Positions 11,440 through 24,445 of a stretch of DNA of 64,000 nucleotides are shown piece after piece (positions within the stretch are counted from its first letter, which is position 1; each line of letters starts with the position of its first letter). Where the stretch lies: contig NC_068986.1 of NCBI RefSeq assembly GCF_001194135.2, positions 42,540,992 to 42,604,991 on the forward strand, in the 5' to 3' direction. The stretch comes from Octopus bimaculoides. Taxonomy: Eukaryota. Below the pieces are notes generated by a model, which worked only from the letters and a program-made list of their open reading frames with translations, ran no database searches and was not told the DNA's origin. A program made the translations under genes and the position numbers.

Positions 11440-12210
11440 CGTTTATTTTGTATACCTACGCTCCTGAATTGGAACTGTGGTTTAAATTGGATTTTGATAC
11501 TCGCATATCCACGACATCCTACAAACATTTGATGTTATTTACTTCACTGTGAGCTACGTCTTGATGTGACTTGATTCTTATGAATCCATTATAATAAAAT
11601 AATATATATGATTTTATTATATGGATTCATAAGATTCAAGCTACATCAATTTCATGTTCTCTCTATACTTGGAATTATGTCTTATTACTTAAATAATAGA
11701 CCAAGAAACAATGGCTCAAAAATAGAAATAGAAAAGTTTGCATATTTGAGCACAGTTTTATAATGTAAGCAATAACTCCAGGAAGCCTGCGTAGTCAAAA
11801 TTATGGGTAAATATTTTAACTTGATTAATTTCAGTCGAAGCTTACGGACAGTATTACTATCGTTTATGAGCTTAAAAACAACGAAGACAAATCATCGTAT
11901 TTTAAGTTTGAACAAGGATGATACTGGGAGAAAACTAGTGTAAACAAGGATGATATTGGGAGAAACTAGAAAACTAGTGTAACCAGGCCTGAAGATGTTG
12001 GGTCTCACAGGCAAGATGATTCTGTATTGAGAGAGGAATATCATTGTGCCTTAACTGTAGACCTGGACACACCATACCACCATAAAAAAAAAAAACACTG
12101 ATGTTAAAACAATGACGATGATGGAGGCGATAAAATCTTCATTTTCAATCATCCTCGTATTCAGATTAAATTATTAAAAACGATTCTCCCAAGACACTTA
12201 TAACTATAAT

Positions 12211-12640
12211 GTGTGGTAAGAAGAAACTTGCTTCCCAAACACATGGTTCCAGGTTCAATCCCACTGCGTGGCACCTTGGGTAAGTGTCTTCTACTATAGC
12301 TCTCGAGCCGACCAAAGCTTTGTGAGATTATTTGGTAGACGGAAACTGAAAGACGCCCGTCATATGTATGTATGTATGTATGTATGTACGTACGTACGTA
12401 CGTACGCACGCACGCACGCACGTATGTATGTATGTATGTATGTATGCATGTATGTACGTACGTACGTCCTCCCATCGTCGCTTGACAACTGGTATTGGTG
12501 TGTTAAACGTCACCGTAACTTGGCTGTTCAGCAAAAGACCCCGATAGAATAAGTTCTGGAGTGGATTTGTTTGACAGAAACCTTTCAAGGCGGTACTCCA
12601 GCATGGCCGTAGTCAAATGACAGAAACAAATAAAAAAATA
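12211..12640 (+). mobile_element. SINE family B with compound (TATG)n(TACG)n(CACG)n insert at 12362-12466
   Basis: Head gtgtggtaagaag..cttgcttcccaa..ggttcaatccc; tail ggcggtactccagcatggccgtagtcaaatgac. Confidence 0.9.
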
Positions 12641-13115
12641 AGAATAAATAAATAAATATTTCTTTTTCGGACAGTTTACAGAGTTTATAGTAGCGACAAA
12701 CATTACAAAAAAAAAAAATAAATAAAGGAAGGAAAAAAAAGAAGCCCGTATAATTCATAGAAATTCGAAAACGTTCTTAAACGACCAATTTGCTTTTATT
12801 ATAAACTAAATAAATCAAAAATAAAGTTACTTTGAGCTGATAGTTAAAACGTCGAAAGGCAAAGTTACAACACATCTTGCACATATACTCGTTGGTAAGC
12901 AAAACTTTTTATGACTACACTTAATACTTGAACCTCAATTATAAATGTTTGATTATTTCATAATGTCAGCGAGAATAGTATTTAAAAAAAAAAAATCTTC
13001 GTAAATTAAAAGTCAGGGTTGAACGTGTAAACGTCTGTTAGGCAAATCGTACCATAGCGATTAATTAAAAGTCTGAATTCAGACTGTTATCTTTGGTCAT
13101 CTAATTTGTGTACAT

Positions 13116-13303
13116 AAGGTTATATATATATAACCTTTCCTTGCACCTGGTACAGAGTATTGACTATCTTACAATGTAAACATTGCTGTCCATAGCAACG
13201 AACCAAGCTAGGACGCAGTAATAATTGAGCGGATGTCGGCGTTGCGCAGCTGCCCAGATGCATGCTGGTCTAGTATTCCTAGCCTGACGACGACGTAAAC
13301 ATG
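13116..13303. promoter_or_regulatory. Putative (possibly bidirectional) promoter with RFX X-box GCTGTC-CAT-AGCAAC at 13185-13199
   Basis: Unique CpG-rich patch at 13200-13300; X-box fits GYTRYY-N1-3-RRHRAC; perfect 22-bp palindrome aaggttatatatatataacctt at 13116-13137; aaacATGGC at 13301. Confidence 0.5.
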
Positions 13304-13832
13304 GCATTGTTGTCAAAGTTTTCGTATTAGTTTAATGAGTATATGGGTATCTTATAAAGTTATTACTTAGTTGAACATCTTTAAGAAAAACAAAAAAAAG
13401 GAACCCAGCAAAATTCAACTAAAAGAAAGTCGGCTCTAATTAACAAACTTATTTATGTACCAAATGAATAGAAAATAAAATATATTTTAAGAAGGATGGA
13501 TACCAAAATTTTCAAAAGAACACAGGATACGCTTGGTAAAATCATCGTAAGGCCACCCTTGACAGATAAACTCTTAGCAAAGCCTCCTTTTAGGTTCCTC
13601 CATGATATTATAACATCTGTGAGTAGCTATTCTACATGTTACTACGTTATTTTATTTTTATTTTATATTTAAGTGTGAACTCTACGCGAGTGAATAGCAA
13701 CTTGCAAATATATAAATGTATGTATGTGCGTGCGCGCGTTAACACCAAAACTTCGAAGTCACTGACGAAATTTTCTAAACAAAAATTATACCTATATCTA
13801 TATATATCTCTGTGTGTGTGAATATGTATATA

Positions 13833-13868
<36 letters not shown>

Positions 13869-13870
13869 AC

Positions 13871-14240
13871 TTTTATCTTTTACTTATTTCAGTCATTAAA
13901 CTGCGGTCATGCTGGTGCACCGCCTTGAAAATGTTTTAATTGAAGGAATCGACCTCTGCTTATTTTTTTAAAGCCTGGTACTTAATCTGTTGGTCTATTT
14001 TACTGAACCGCTAAGTTACAAGAACATAAACCCACACCGGTTGTCAAGTGGTCGTGGGGGATAAACACACAGACGCACACACATACATATATACGCCGGT
14101 CTTTTTGTAGTTTCCATTTACCAATCCACTCAAGGCTTTGGTCAACCGGAGGCCATAGTAGAAGACGCTTGCCGAAGTGGGACTGAACCCGGAACTATGT
14201 GGCTGGGAAGCAAATTTCTTGCCACACAGCCACGCCTGCG
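13871..14240 (-). mobile_element. SINE family B
   Basis: Reverse complement of family consensus. Confidence 0.85.
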
Positions 14241-14410
14241 CTTATATATAGGAATGAAACGCACACATTATAGAGAGAGGTATGTGTGTGTGTAGACGTC
14301 ATCATCATCATTTAACGTCCGTTAATGATGATATATTCACATGTCTACGTATAGGCACAGACATGGCTGTGTGGTTAAAACGTTTGCTTTTGAACTACTG
14401 TCAATTTATA

Positions 14411-14763
14411 CTCTTTACTCTTTTACTTGTTTCAGTCATTTGACTGCGGCCATGCTGGAGCACCGCCATTAGTCGAGCAAATCGACCACAGGACTTATTC
14501 TATGTAAGCCCAGTACTTATTCTATCGGTCACTTTTGCCGAACTGCTAAGTTACGGGGACGTAAACACACCAGCATCGGTTGTCAAGCGATGTTGGGGGA
14601 GGGGGACAAGCACAGATACACAAACATATACACACACATACATATATACGACCGGCTTCTTTCAGTTTCCGTCTACCAAATCCACTCGCAAGGCTTTGGT
14701 CGGCCCGAGGCTATAGTAGAAGACACCTACCCAAGGTGCCACGCAGTGGGACTGAACCCAGAA
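14411..14763 (-). mobile_element. SINE family B (young, runs into gap)
   Basis: High similarity to 46841-47290, CpGs intact. Confidence 0.9.
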
Positions 14764-14851
14764 NNNNNNNNNNNNNNNNNNNNNNNNNNNNNNNNNNNNN
14801 NNNNNNNNNNNNNNNNNNNNNNNNNNNNNNNNNNNNNNNNNNNNNNNNNNN

Positions 14852-14886
<35 letters not shown>

Positions 14887-14940
14887 TCAATGGATCATAT
14901 ATCCGGAAATGAAGCACACTCTAAAGAATAGAGCACTAAT

Positions 14941-15126
14941 ATATTTACAAGCAGTTAAATATATGTCCGGTCATAGAGTGACCAATGGTTTCACATTCAT
15001 AGAGCTCTAGGCCTTATAGAGGGCTCGTCAGACTGAATGGCAGATGCATTTCCCTCTTCAAACTTTATGGATGCGAAACCATTGATCATTCCATGACTGG
15101 ACATATATTTAACTGTTTGTAAATAT
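14941..15126. repeat. Fold-back element: 63-bp inverted arms with 60-nt spacer
   Basis: Arms 14941-15003 and 15064-15126 differ at 8 positions, all transitions. Confidence 0.9.
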
Positions 15127-16106
15127 ATATATATATATATAATATTCATAACATTGTGATTTGGCAAAAGTGACTCATAGAATATGTATCAAAGTTGAAA
15201 AATAAGTACTGGGTATCTATTTATTTGACTAAATACTTCAAGGTGCACTCCATTGACTGAAGCAAGTAAAAGATATATATAACTGGCACCCTGTCGGTTA
15301 CAATGATGAGGGTTCCAGTTGATCTGGTCAATGGAACAGCCAGCTTGTGAAATTAACTGTGGCTGAGCACTCTGCAGATACATATACCCTTAACGTAGCA
15401 GTTGAAAAGTAAACGTCTTTATCACACAGCCACACCTACTATCCACAAAACTATGCTGGGCATTAGGAAGGGCACCCTGCTTCTGGATGCCCTTCCTAAT
15501 ACTAGTGCTTAAGAGAAAAGCAGCCACTACAATTTACAAAGTGTGTTAGGTGCTTTATTTCTTGACACAAGTTCTAGCAAGATCATCATACAGCTTATTC
15601 CTTTTGATTGAATGGGACTACAGTTTAACAGGATGCTGCTTTATGTTTGGACACAAGAGGCTAAAGTATGATAAGAAGAGGCCAGAACAGAACAGAACTG
15701 GTTTCTTGCTGTAGGGGAAGTACATGACTACTTGCAATATGCAATAGTGGGTGAGTGTAACTTGGTGTCAGCATGAACCTTTAAGGTGCAAAAAGGTTAA
15801 TAGAAATGAATGGAGACAGACAATCAGGAAGGGTAGATGGGTATAGGTTGTGTGAATGTATGGGTAGAGTGAGAGATGGGGTAGGAGTGGGAACGGACAT
15901 AATGAATGGTGAACAAGAAGGTGTGCTCAATGATAATTATAAGTTGTTGGGGAGATTAAGTGAAAACAATAGTGTAGGGATGAGGGATGGATGTAGTGAA
16001 TGAGGAACAAAAGTGGAGGGATGTGTGTGAGTTGGAGAGTAGGCAAGAGACTGTAGGTGATGACTGACAGAGAAAGGCATAAAGAGCAGAATAGTAATAG
16101 TAGTAA

Positions 16107-16931
16107 TTTTTCTATTATAAGCACAAGGCCTGAAATTTTGAGGGGAGGATGCTAATCAGTTACATTAACCCCAGGGCTTAACTGGTACTTATTTTATCAG
16201 CTCTAAAAGGATGAAAGGCAAAGTCGATGTTGGTGGCATTTGAACTCAGAACATAAAGACGGACAAGATATCACTAAACATTTTGTTTGATGTGTTAACG
16301 ATTCTGCCGGTTTGCCATTTTAATAATAAAAGATGATGATGATAATGATTTCAAATTCTGGCACAAGGCTAGCAAGTTTGGGAGCGGGAGTAGTTGATTA
16401 CATCAACCCCAGTACAAAGCCGGTACACATTTTATTGACCCTGAAAAAATGAAAGTGAAAATGAACTGCAGCGGGATTTGAGTGCAGAATGTAAAGATAG
16501 ATAAAATGCCATTAAGCATTCTGCCTGTTTGCTGGTTTAATAATAATGATAATACAGTAGACTGGGAAAGGATGAGAGAAAGGGACTTGATCTGCGAGGA
16601 TACAGGTTGCAAAAACGTGTAGGGAGAGACAAACATAGTATGGTGGGGAAGTGTTTCATAGGATCTCTCTCTCTCTCTCTCACTTGCTTTCTCTTTCCCT
16701 CTCCTTCTCTCCCTCTCTCTCCCTTTCTTGAGTATTATTGCTTATTTCTTTATTGCCCACAAGGGGCTAAACATAGAGCAGACAAACAAGGACAGACAAA
16801 CAGATTAAGTCGATTACATCAACCCAGTGCGCAACTGGTACTTAATTTATCAACCCCGAAAGGATGAAAGGAAAGTCGACCTTGGCGGAATTTGAACTCA
16901 GAACGTAACGGCAGATGAAATACCACTAAGT
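16107..16931 (-). mobile_element. Three decayed SINE family A copies (about 16107-16320, 16350-16520, 16744-16931)
   Basis: aaaggatgaaagg..gtcga..tttgaactcagaac motifs with many CpG-to-TpG/CpA changes. Confidence 0.8.
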
Positions 16932-17098
16932 ATTATTGCTATGTAAATAATACCCTTAGGAGTTTAATTCCATGTTGAGCATTTTTCTGAGGTATTTACT
17001 ACCTTGAAAGATGACTTTGAGTTTTGAGGTCTGTGTGGATTATTTTAATTGTTATGTAGTTACGTGTGTACTCCAGATTAATCCCTATTTGTTTTCAG

Positions 17099-17126
17099 AA
17101 TATTGTATCTAGGACAACATTATACA
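17099..17126 (+). CDS. Candidate small exon of + strand gene (ILYLGQHYT)
   Basis: Acceptor atttgttttcag, donor gtgtgt; phase 2-0 joins exon 17217. Confidence 0.3.
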
Positions 17127-17216
17127 GTGTGTCATTCCTATTTTAAGTTGAAGATGTGAATGCATGATTAATTCACTTTATATTATTTATTTTTTTATAT
17201 ATTTATTCTTACATAG

Positions 17217-17285
17217 GTTATTAAAAGTACTGGCTTTATGCAAGGCTTGTACACTTCTGAAGAACAGAATTCAGATAATGTGAAG
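17217..17285 (+). CDS. Candidate exon of unidentified + strand gene (VIKSTGFMQGLYTSEEQNSDNVK)
   Basis: Long T-rich acceptor ending cttacatag, donor AAG|gtaatg; only phase 0 is open. Confidence 0.6.
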
Positions 17286-17394
17286 GTAATGAAATTTACG
17301 CTATCAATATTCCTGTATTTTCCTATTGTATTGCAACATACATACATTTGAGTGTGTGTGAGTATGTGTATATTACCATTTTATGTTCAATTTT

Positions 17395-18060
17395 TCTGGT
17401 GGCATAGGTTGAATAGGACTGTTCAAGCAGCTTCTTGCCACGTGTTGGGATAACTTCTAATCTTCTTCATAAGGTTTAGTATCTAGAGATCAACCTTCAC
17501 TACTTCTTCACATATTTGTTTATGTCAGCTTTCTTGTCAAGCTATTTCCTGTTGCATAGCTTCTTCACTCAGGTTTATTATTATTTATCATATCTTTTCA
17601 ATCATGCCAACGCAGTCTCCTCTCTTGCACACTATGGCTGATTTTTGCCCCACAGTTTACTTAGATTTTTGTCTTTCTTGCATATATCCGTTGGTTCATA
17701 TACATTTTTATTCAGCATTTGCACATCCTTGTCATTCAGTGCCCATGTCTTGCTGCTCTGCAACATCACACATCACTCTCAAGAATCATACAGTTGCTAT
17801 GTTTCTGCAATACCCAATTCTATTTATTGGGGTAACAAAATTTGTTACCTAATTCCAGTGAACCTTCTGAACTGTTAAAAGATTGCATTCTAAGGGTATT
17901 CTTATTTCTAACTACTTCTGTGTATCTGTTATGTATGTGGCTCTTATCCTGTCGGCCTGCCTGAAAGACTGCTGTATTTGTTGTATATGTCAAATTGTAT
18001 GAAACTGATTGTCAGTGAGAATGACAATGCTATGCTGATGAAGCTGAAATAGACATCCAA
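17395..18060 (-). mobile_element. Decayed RTE LINE ORF C-terminal region
   Basis: Minus strand GSLELGNKFCY, CVMLQSSKTWALNDKD, and gtgtgcaagagaggagactgcgttgg encoding the QERRLRW motif. Confidence 0.75.
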
Positions 18061-18519
18061 TATATTCAAACTAAATTTCTTAACACAAAACTGAATCTAA
18101 CCAAAGGAAAACAATACAGTTATTGAAAACTGAACAATGTACCAATTTATATAATAATATTTCAACCATCCTCCTTCCATAATAAAAATCCTGGTCTGTG
18201 ACATGTATCAAACTATCCTTACAGTACTTTTCAACAAAGCAATAGTTGACCAGGCAGCCCCATTCCATAATGAAGTCCAAAAAGAATGTGCTGAAAGGAA
18301 AATTCCAAATCAACACAAATCATAAACGAAATGGGACCATGAATAGAAATATCATTTGATTCAACTTAACTATTGGTAATGTAGTGATCAAACTGCTTTC
18401 CATACACAAGCTTCATACATTCTGCCTTTCACTCTGAGTGAAAGACCTTTTGTAACCAACAGAAGTAATAGCTCTCTGAACTGTCTTGTCTGTATCTTAT
18501 TCTTACTGTTACAGTGTTG

Positions 18520-18910
18520 CAACTATACTTTCAGAACATCTCCCCCTCCCCTGCTAGTTAGGTTGTGTAGGTATCAGAAACTGTCTTCTACTTCTAGGGA
18601 ATCACATGGGTCTTCAAAAAATGTGTTGTCATACATTGTTAGTGTTTATTGTTTCTGAACATCTGTTGCATACAAAATCTATTTCCTCTGTGAACTTACC
18701 TACAATTCCACTGCACTTCTTGTATATCCATAGTTTGCAAGAAAGTTATGTATGTGTGCAAGAAATACTGGGTGGACTGTATGGAATTTCTGCCTGCACC
18801 TTTCCTGCATATTTCCTGAAGTAGGCAGATGTTTTCCTGCTTACTAGAACTTTAGGTCTTTGCTAAATTAACTTTAAGGCCTTCCATGTTTTTCTCCCAC
18901 ACCTGACATT
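18520..18910 (-). mobile_element. Decayed RTE LINE fragment including the Cys/His finger
   Basis: QVWEKNMEGLKVNLAKT ... CKLWIYKKCSGIVGKFTEEIDFVCNRCSETIN. Confidence 0.8.
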
Positions 18911-19489
18911 TCTTTCCAATTCTACTACAGATTCTGCTATAAAAATTAGGTCACCAGTATATAATAATTCCTAAGAACAGTCATCCTTAAATTCCTCTGT
19001 TATGGCCTGGAAGGTAATTAATTTTTGTAAACCAGTATATAACTTTCGTAAATGACAAGCAGATACAAAGCATTCATTAACTTGGCCTTTGGAAAGTTAT
19101 AACTTATCATCTTAAATAGACAGTAAGTAAAATTAAAAAAAAAAAACCATGACTACTTGGATACAATGGCAAAGCTGATCAATAGAAAAAAAAAACAATT
19201 AATTAATTAATTGGCAAATTCTCTAAAAAAGCATTTTATCTGATAATTGTAGTGTGGAGAAGACAAAATTTACACATACTTTTTCCACTTTATTGAGTGC
19301 TCTCCACACACCCCTCTCTCTCTCTCTCCCTCTCTATGTTTGAAGAAAAGGAGAGAATGAGAAGATAGAGAGAGAGAGAGAATTAGATAGGTAAAAAGTT
19401 ATCGCTTAATTTATTAAGCAGAGAGTTAGCATAGATGAAACGCAGTTTGGTTTTGTGCCAAGCAGAAACACTACTAATTCTCTCTTTCT

Positions 19490-19905
19490 ATTAAGACAAG
19501 CTGTGAGAAAAGTATTTAGCTAAAAGTAAACCACTGTACTTGGCTTTTGTTGACTTGGAGAAAGCCTTTGACAAGGTCCTTTGCTATCCAAGACCATGTA
19601 CAGATGTGTCGTCAGTAAGATTAGTTAGTAATGATTACAACAGTGAAGTTAGTGTACAGGTAGTTCACCAGGACTCTGTTCTCAGTTCTCTCTACTTATT
19701 GTGGACTTGACTTCCAGGCTGTAAAAGGAATTTAAGACTGGTTGCCCTCAGGAACTCCTCCATGCTGATGACATTGTTTTTATAGGTGAATCTAGTAGAA
19801 TTGAAGAGGAAATTTCAAGTTTGGAAGCAAAATCTAGAATTAAAGGGCCTTAAAGTAAACTCAGCAAAGACGAAAGTTTTTGCAAGCAGGAAGACAGACA
19901 GCTTG
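19490..19905 (+). mobile_element. Internally deleted RTE reverse transcriptase fragment
   Basis: KPLYLAFVDLEKAFDKV, a GVHQGSVLS-like segment, ELLHADD, and KFQVWKQNLELKGLKVNSAKTK. Confidence 0.88.
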
Positions 19906-20305
19906 GCATGACTCAGATTTCAGCTGCACGACCTTATAGAGAGGTGTTGCATGGAAGCACTAGAAATCTCAAGGTGTAAGTCTGGACTCATTAATAAGCG
20001 TAAGCTGTCGATCTGTTGTTCACACCAATTAGGTAAAACGTTATTAAAAATTCCAATTAGCTAACTTACATAAAATTAGGAATACAGTGTTATTAATTAC
20101 ATTTCAATTCTCCATGTTACCATAACTCTTCACTAATCTTCCTTCATACTTATAGTCTTGTAACCCCTTTTAATCAATTCCTAAATTTTTAACTACCTCA
20201 TCGTACTAATTATCTAATCTTTATTCATCTCATTCCTAATTAACTTAATATTTCACATTTACCCTGGTAATAAATTTTCATAATATATATGTGTGTGCAT
20301 ATATA

Positions 20306-23016
20306 TCTATAATTATAAAAGAGAGTTTGTATGTGAGTGTGTTCATATGTTCCTTATGCATTCCAAAACCGAGGAGCCGATTTTGATGTATGGGGTATCA
20401 AAAGATTCACTACTATTTCGGCTACCAATTAAACTTTATTTTCATCGGCATATTTACATCACAAAAATTTGAAATTATAATCTTTTCCATAAGTCGACTG
20501 TCGTAAACATTTTATACGACGACGACGTCACATCTATATGAGTGTGTACTTTAAAAGACATCCTTCATTACAGCACAGACCTTCACTCACTCACTCTGTT
20601 TCTCTTTCTCTTTCTCGCACATATGCATACAAACACACCAATTTCATATACACATACGTACATCTTTCACTTTCTACTCTCTCTCTTGCCTTTTCTCTTT
20701 CCTTTCAATTTCTGCTCTATTCAAAGCATAAAGAAATAAGTTTTTATGGAATGACTGAGAGAAACACAAAATAAGAAAAAAACAGAGAGACAAGAGAAAG
20801 AAACAGAAAAAAAACAAGTTTCTATAGAAGTTGAAAGATGGATAGCGGATGAGAAACAGACGCTGATGTTTCATAACCTATGTATGTTCCATAGTTGAAA
20901 GTGAAAAAAGCCGGAACAAAGAGAGGGGGAAAACCGGGAGAAAAGGGGACGCTGACAACCACAGAACCGAGGTCTTATCGTACAAATTTTCAGGTCGCTT
21001 TCACTTTCATCCCATGTTTCATGCATGTGTAGAATTAGGCATTATCTCTCTCTTTCAATTTCTGATTATAATGTACGGAAACCTCATGCTGTAAACAAGT
21101 CACAACTTCCACAAATTAATTGGAATTAAGAAAGGTATGCAAAAATAACTTCCTTTGGTGCACATGCACACACACACACAGTTACAGTCCCACTTCCTTA
21201 TTTTTGTCCTCATTTACTCACATTCCTATGTTTTCCATACAAGACATTTGCATTTCGCCCAAAGCGGATCGCTAATCGGTGGCCAAGGTGGGGGAAAGGG
21301 CATTCAGTATTTCTTTCAGAAAAATTAAACTTTCAAAAACAAAATATATTTCCCACATTTGTAATCTCTATTTTTCCATGTGGATAACAAAATTCAAAAG
21401 ACTGTTAAAAATTAGGAAATTTCAGTGGGGTAGGGGAAATTATAATTTTGAAAACGTGATTTCTGAGCAAAATCATATTAACCCCTTTGGTGGAACTGGA
21501 GGACATTCCCCCACCCCCCACCCCCTATACTGACCTTTCCAATTTTTCATTTCCTTTTTTTCACCAGATTCCTGTTTTCAATGACGGAGATTCCGAATAT
21601 GTCAAAAAACCACATTTTCGAATTTTCAAATTTTTCACATTTTTGCAAAGTTACAGTAGAAAACTTTTTACTGGAAAGTCTGATTTCCTTGGTTTTTACA
21701 GCTAAAAAAAACACCATGTAATGGCGGTTCTATCAAGTATCTTGTTCTATGTCCAAAGGCATCCCTGTGTGACAAAAAACCACAGAAAACTGAAAAGAAT
21801 TGATCTTTATACACTTTTTCCCCTTCAAAAATCTTCAAAAACTTCTCACTGCTTTGGTAGATTGTGCTCAAACTTTACCCACTATTTACTCATCCTAAGG
21901 ATAATGTTAGGAGACTCTGATTTGCACAGAATTCATCTGCGTATGACCAACAATTGCGAAAAACTGAGTAGGAAATCAGTTTTTTCCCTTAAATCCCTCA
22001 TTATTAACCGAACATGAGGGCCCAGCTTTTCTGCAACAACTTATTGGGTGAGTTCTCCTAGCAACTTCTCACCGTTGGTGATGGCACAGCTCCGATGCAG
22101 CTGGAGAGATGGCTGTCTCATATATAGACACACCGGTGGACACTGTGGACGACCTTACAACTGCTGTTTTTGCCGATCTGCACATAAACTACCAAAACCT
22201 GAATTAGCTGTACAAAAGTGTCATATTAGCTCCCAAAAACACATTTGTTGCAAAACTCAGTGAAGACCTACTGTGAAGCCTTTTTGTTGTGGACCAAGAA
22301 GAGGCCGTTAATTTTCCCACAGAATTCCTCAATTCCTGGGACCCCTCTGGACTACTGCCTCATCAACTGCACCTCAAAATTGGAGCTCTGGTCATGCTGC
22401 TGAGAAACCTGGAGTCACCACGTCTGTGCAACAGAATGTGGTTAGTTGTAAAAAATGTGCTGCCTCATGTTATTGAAACAACAATTCTTATGGGTTACAG
22501 AATAGGAGATGTCTTTATACCCAGGATACCTCTTACTCCATCAGATAAACAATGAGTGAGTACCATTGTTGCCATTCTTTCAAAATTACCTGTTTTTCTT
22601 AAGTCTTTTTTATATTTTGTCCACTACAGCTTCTCAGTCTCCTTGCAAATGGCTTGAGTTTTGGCATCACTGCACCCACTGCTTTTCATGTGAACGAAAA
22701 ATGATGTTTATATCTGTGAATGGTTAACAATCCTTTTCAGGGCTATTGAGAGAACAATAACTCGGCCCTTCACAGGGCAACTTTACATTCAATTGTTACA
22801 CCCCTGCAATGCTCTTGTGGCTTCTCCAAGGTTTTTCACCCTGTTGTTACTACTTTATTTATGGTCTGTGGGAAAAATCACTTCTTCCTCAATGTCAATG
22901 TTTGCAACTTTACACAAAAAATATTCAAAGCGATGTACAACAAAAAAAATTGGTAGAACCTATTAAGACCATCGCCGAGTATTTAATATCCGAGCAACGC
23001 TGGGTACTCCTGCTAG
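20306..23016 (+). mobile_element. Non-autonomous Helitron, both termini present
   Basis: 5' TC preceded by A (a|TCTATAATTATAAAAGAGAG); 3' hairpin ccgagcaacgctgg, then CTAG followed by T; internal PIF1-like helicase relic. Confidence 0.82.
21995..22555 (+). pseudogene. Helitron PIF1-like helicase fragment
   Basis: NMRAQL..QLLTVGDG, ILAPKN, and FPTEFLNSWDPSGLLPHQLHLKIGALVMLLRNLESPRLCN...VFIPRIPLTPSD; stops present. Confidence 0.9.
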
Positions 23017-24254
23017 TGTGCAATAAATTGGTTGCACTTCTAATATGTACAAAATATTTTAACAATTCTTTTTATACAATTTCTTATAATATTTAATTTA
23101 AAAAATATAATAGGATTTTTTGAATATGAATTGGCTCTGAGGGTCCACCCAAGTAAAATAGGAATCACAGGGGTCCATAAGTAAAAAATGATTGAGAAGC
23201 ACTGGTGTAGATGATCACATGTATGGCAGGAAAAGTACGTAATTCTGCACAAAATAATGCATGTACATGCACACACACACATACACACAATCTTCAACTG
23301 TTTTATTTTACCCTACCTCTTTACCTTTCTGACCTTTCTTCAGTTCAGTAAATGATGTATATACATACACTCAAACATTCCCAACCTTCTGTTCTCCACT
23401 CTCTCTCTCTCTCTCTCTCTCTCCCTCCTCGTCCTTTCTCTTTCTATATATGTAATACTGTTTCTCTCATTAGAGCTCCAACCAAAGCTTAATCAAACTT
23501 GTTTATCAATGTTGTTTACAGTAAAGTAGTCCGTCATTGATTTCTGAAACTGATTATAACATATATGCCTGAGCATTGTGGTGTGTCTGAAGGGATAGGG
23601 GTGAAGGGAGAGAGAGAGAGAGAGAGAGGGGGGGGAAGAGAGTGAGGGAGGGAAAAAATAAACAAAATGAAAGAAATTGAATTTGATTTCATAGATAAGT
23701 AGAACAAGGTTTTTCTAGGGAAATGAAAATAGTTATGTTGACAACAAACAGAGCAACTAGTGCAGTTTACACAAAATTGACATGTGTTTGGGGTGGGGTT
23801 CCCTCCTTTTTTTTTTGCGTCAATTTTTATTATGACAACAATTAACCTGCCTTGTTGTAAGTAAAGATACCTAAACTAATGAGGCATCTCGTACAAAGCC
23901 ACTCTGCCTGCTGCAAATAGCAATGATAGTCTATTGTCTTCATCTTACTCCACTGCCAATACTGGTATTTCCCATCAAGCTGCCCCTCTACTCCTATTTA
24001 TCTATCACTCACTATATTCTCTACACCCATCTGTAACCATCTGGTACCCTTCCCTCACACTCTCGTAACCGCCTACCCCTATTTCTATTCCATTGCCTGT
24101 ATCATCTCTTGCTTTTTGAGGGTTTTCATTTTCTCTAGCTACTCCACCCACCCTTATACAAATGCTTGTTCTTGGCATAAAATCATCTCTTCATCCTCTC
24201 AGAGACTCCCCCCACTCAGTTGAGAGGGCCTTTCTTTTTTTCCCTTTTTGTTCT

Positions 24255-24445
24255 TTCCTGTTTTGTGACAGTGGCATGGAAAAAGTATCCAGTACATGCT
24301 ATAAAGTGCTTAGCATTAGGAAGGGCATCCAGATGTAAGAACCATTCCAAAACTGACATGGAGCACTATTCAGCCCTGTGGCTCACAGGATCCTGTCAAA
24401 CTGTCCAACCCATGCCAGCATGGAAAATAGACATTAAATAATGTT
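24255..24445 (+). mobile_element. RTE LINE 3' end fragment
   Basis: ttaggaagggcatccag..ccaacccatgccagcatggaa tail. Confidence 0.8.

Noticed and set aside
18931-19123. Strong acceptor at 18930 and perfect gtaagt donor at 19124
   Set aside because: All three frames contain stops; at most a non-coding or poison exon.
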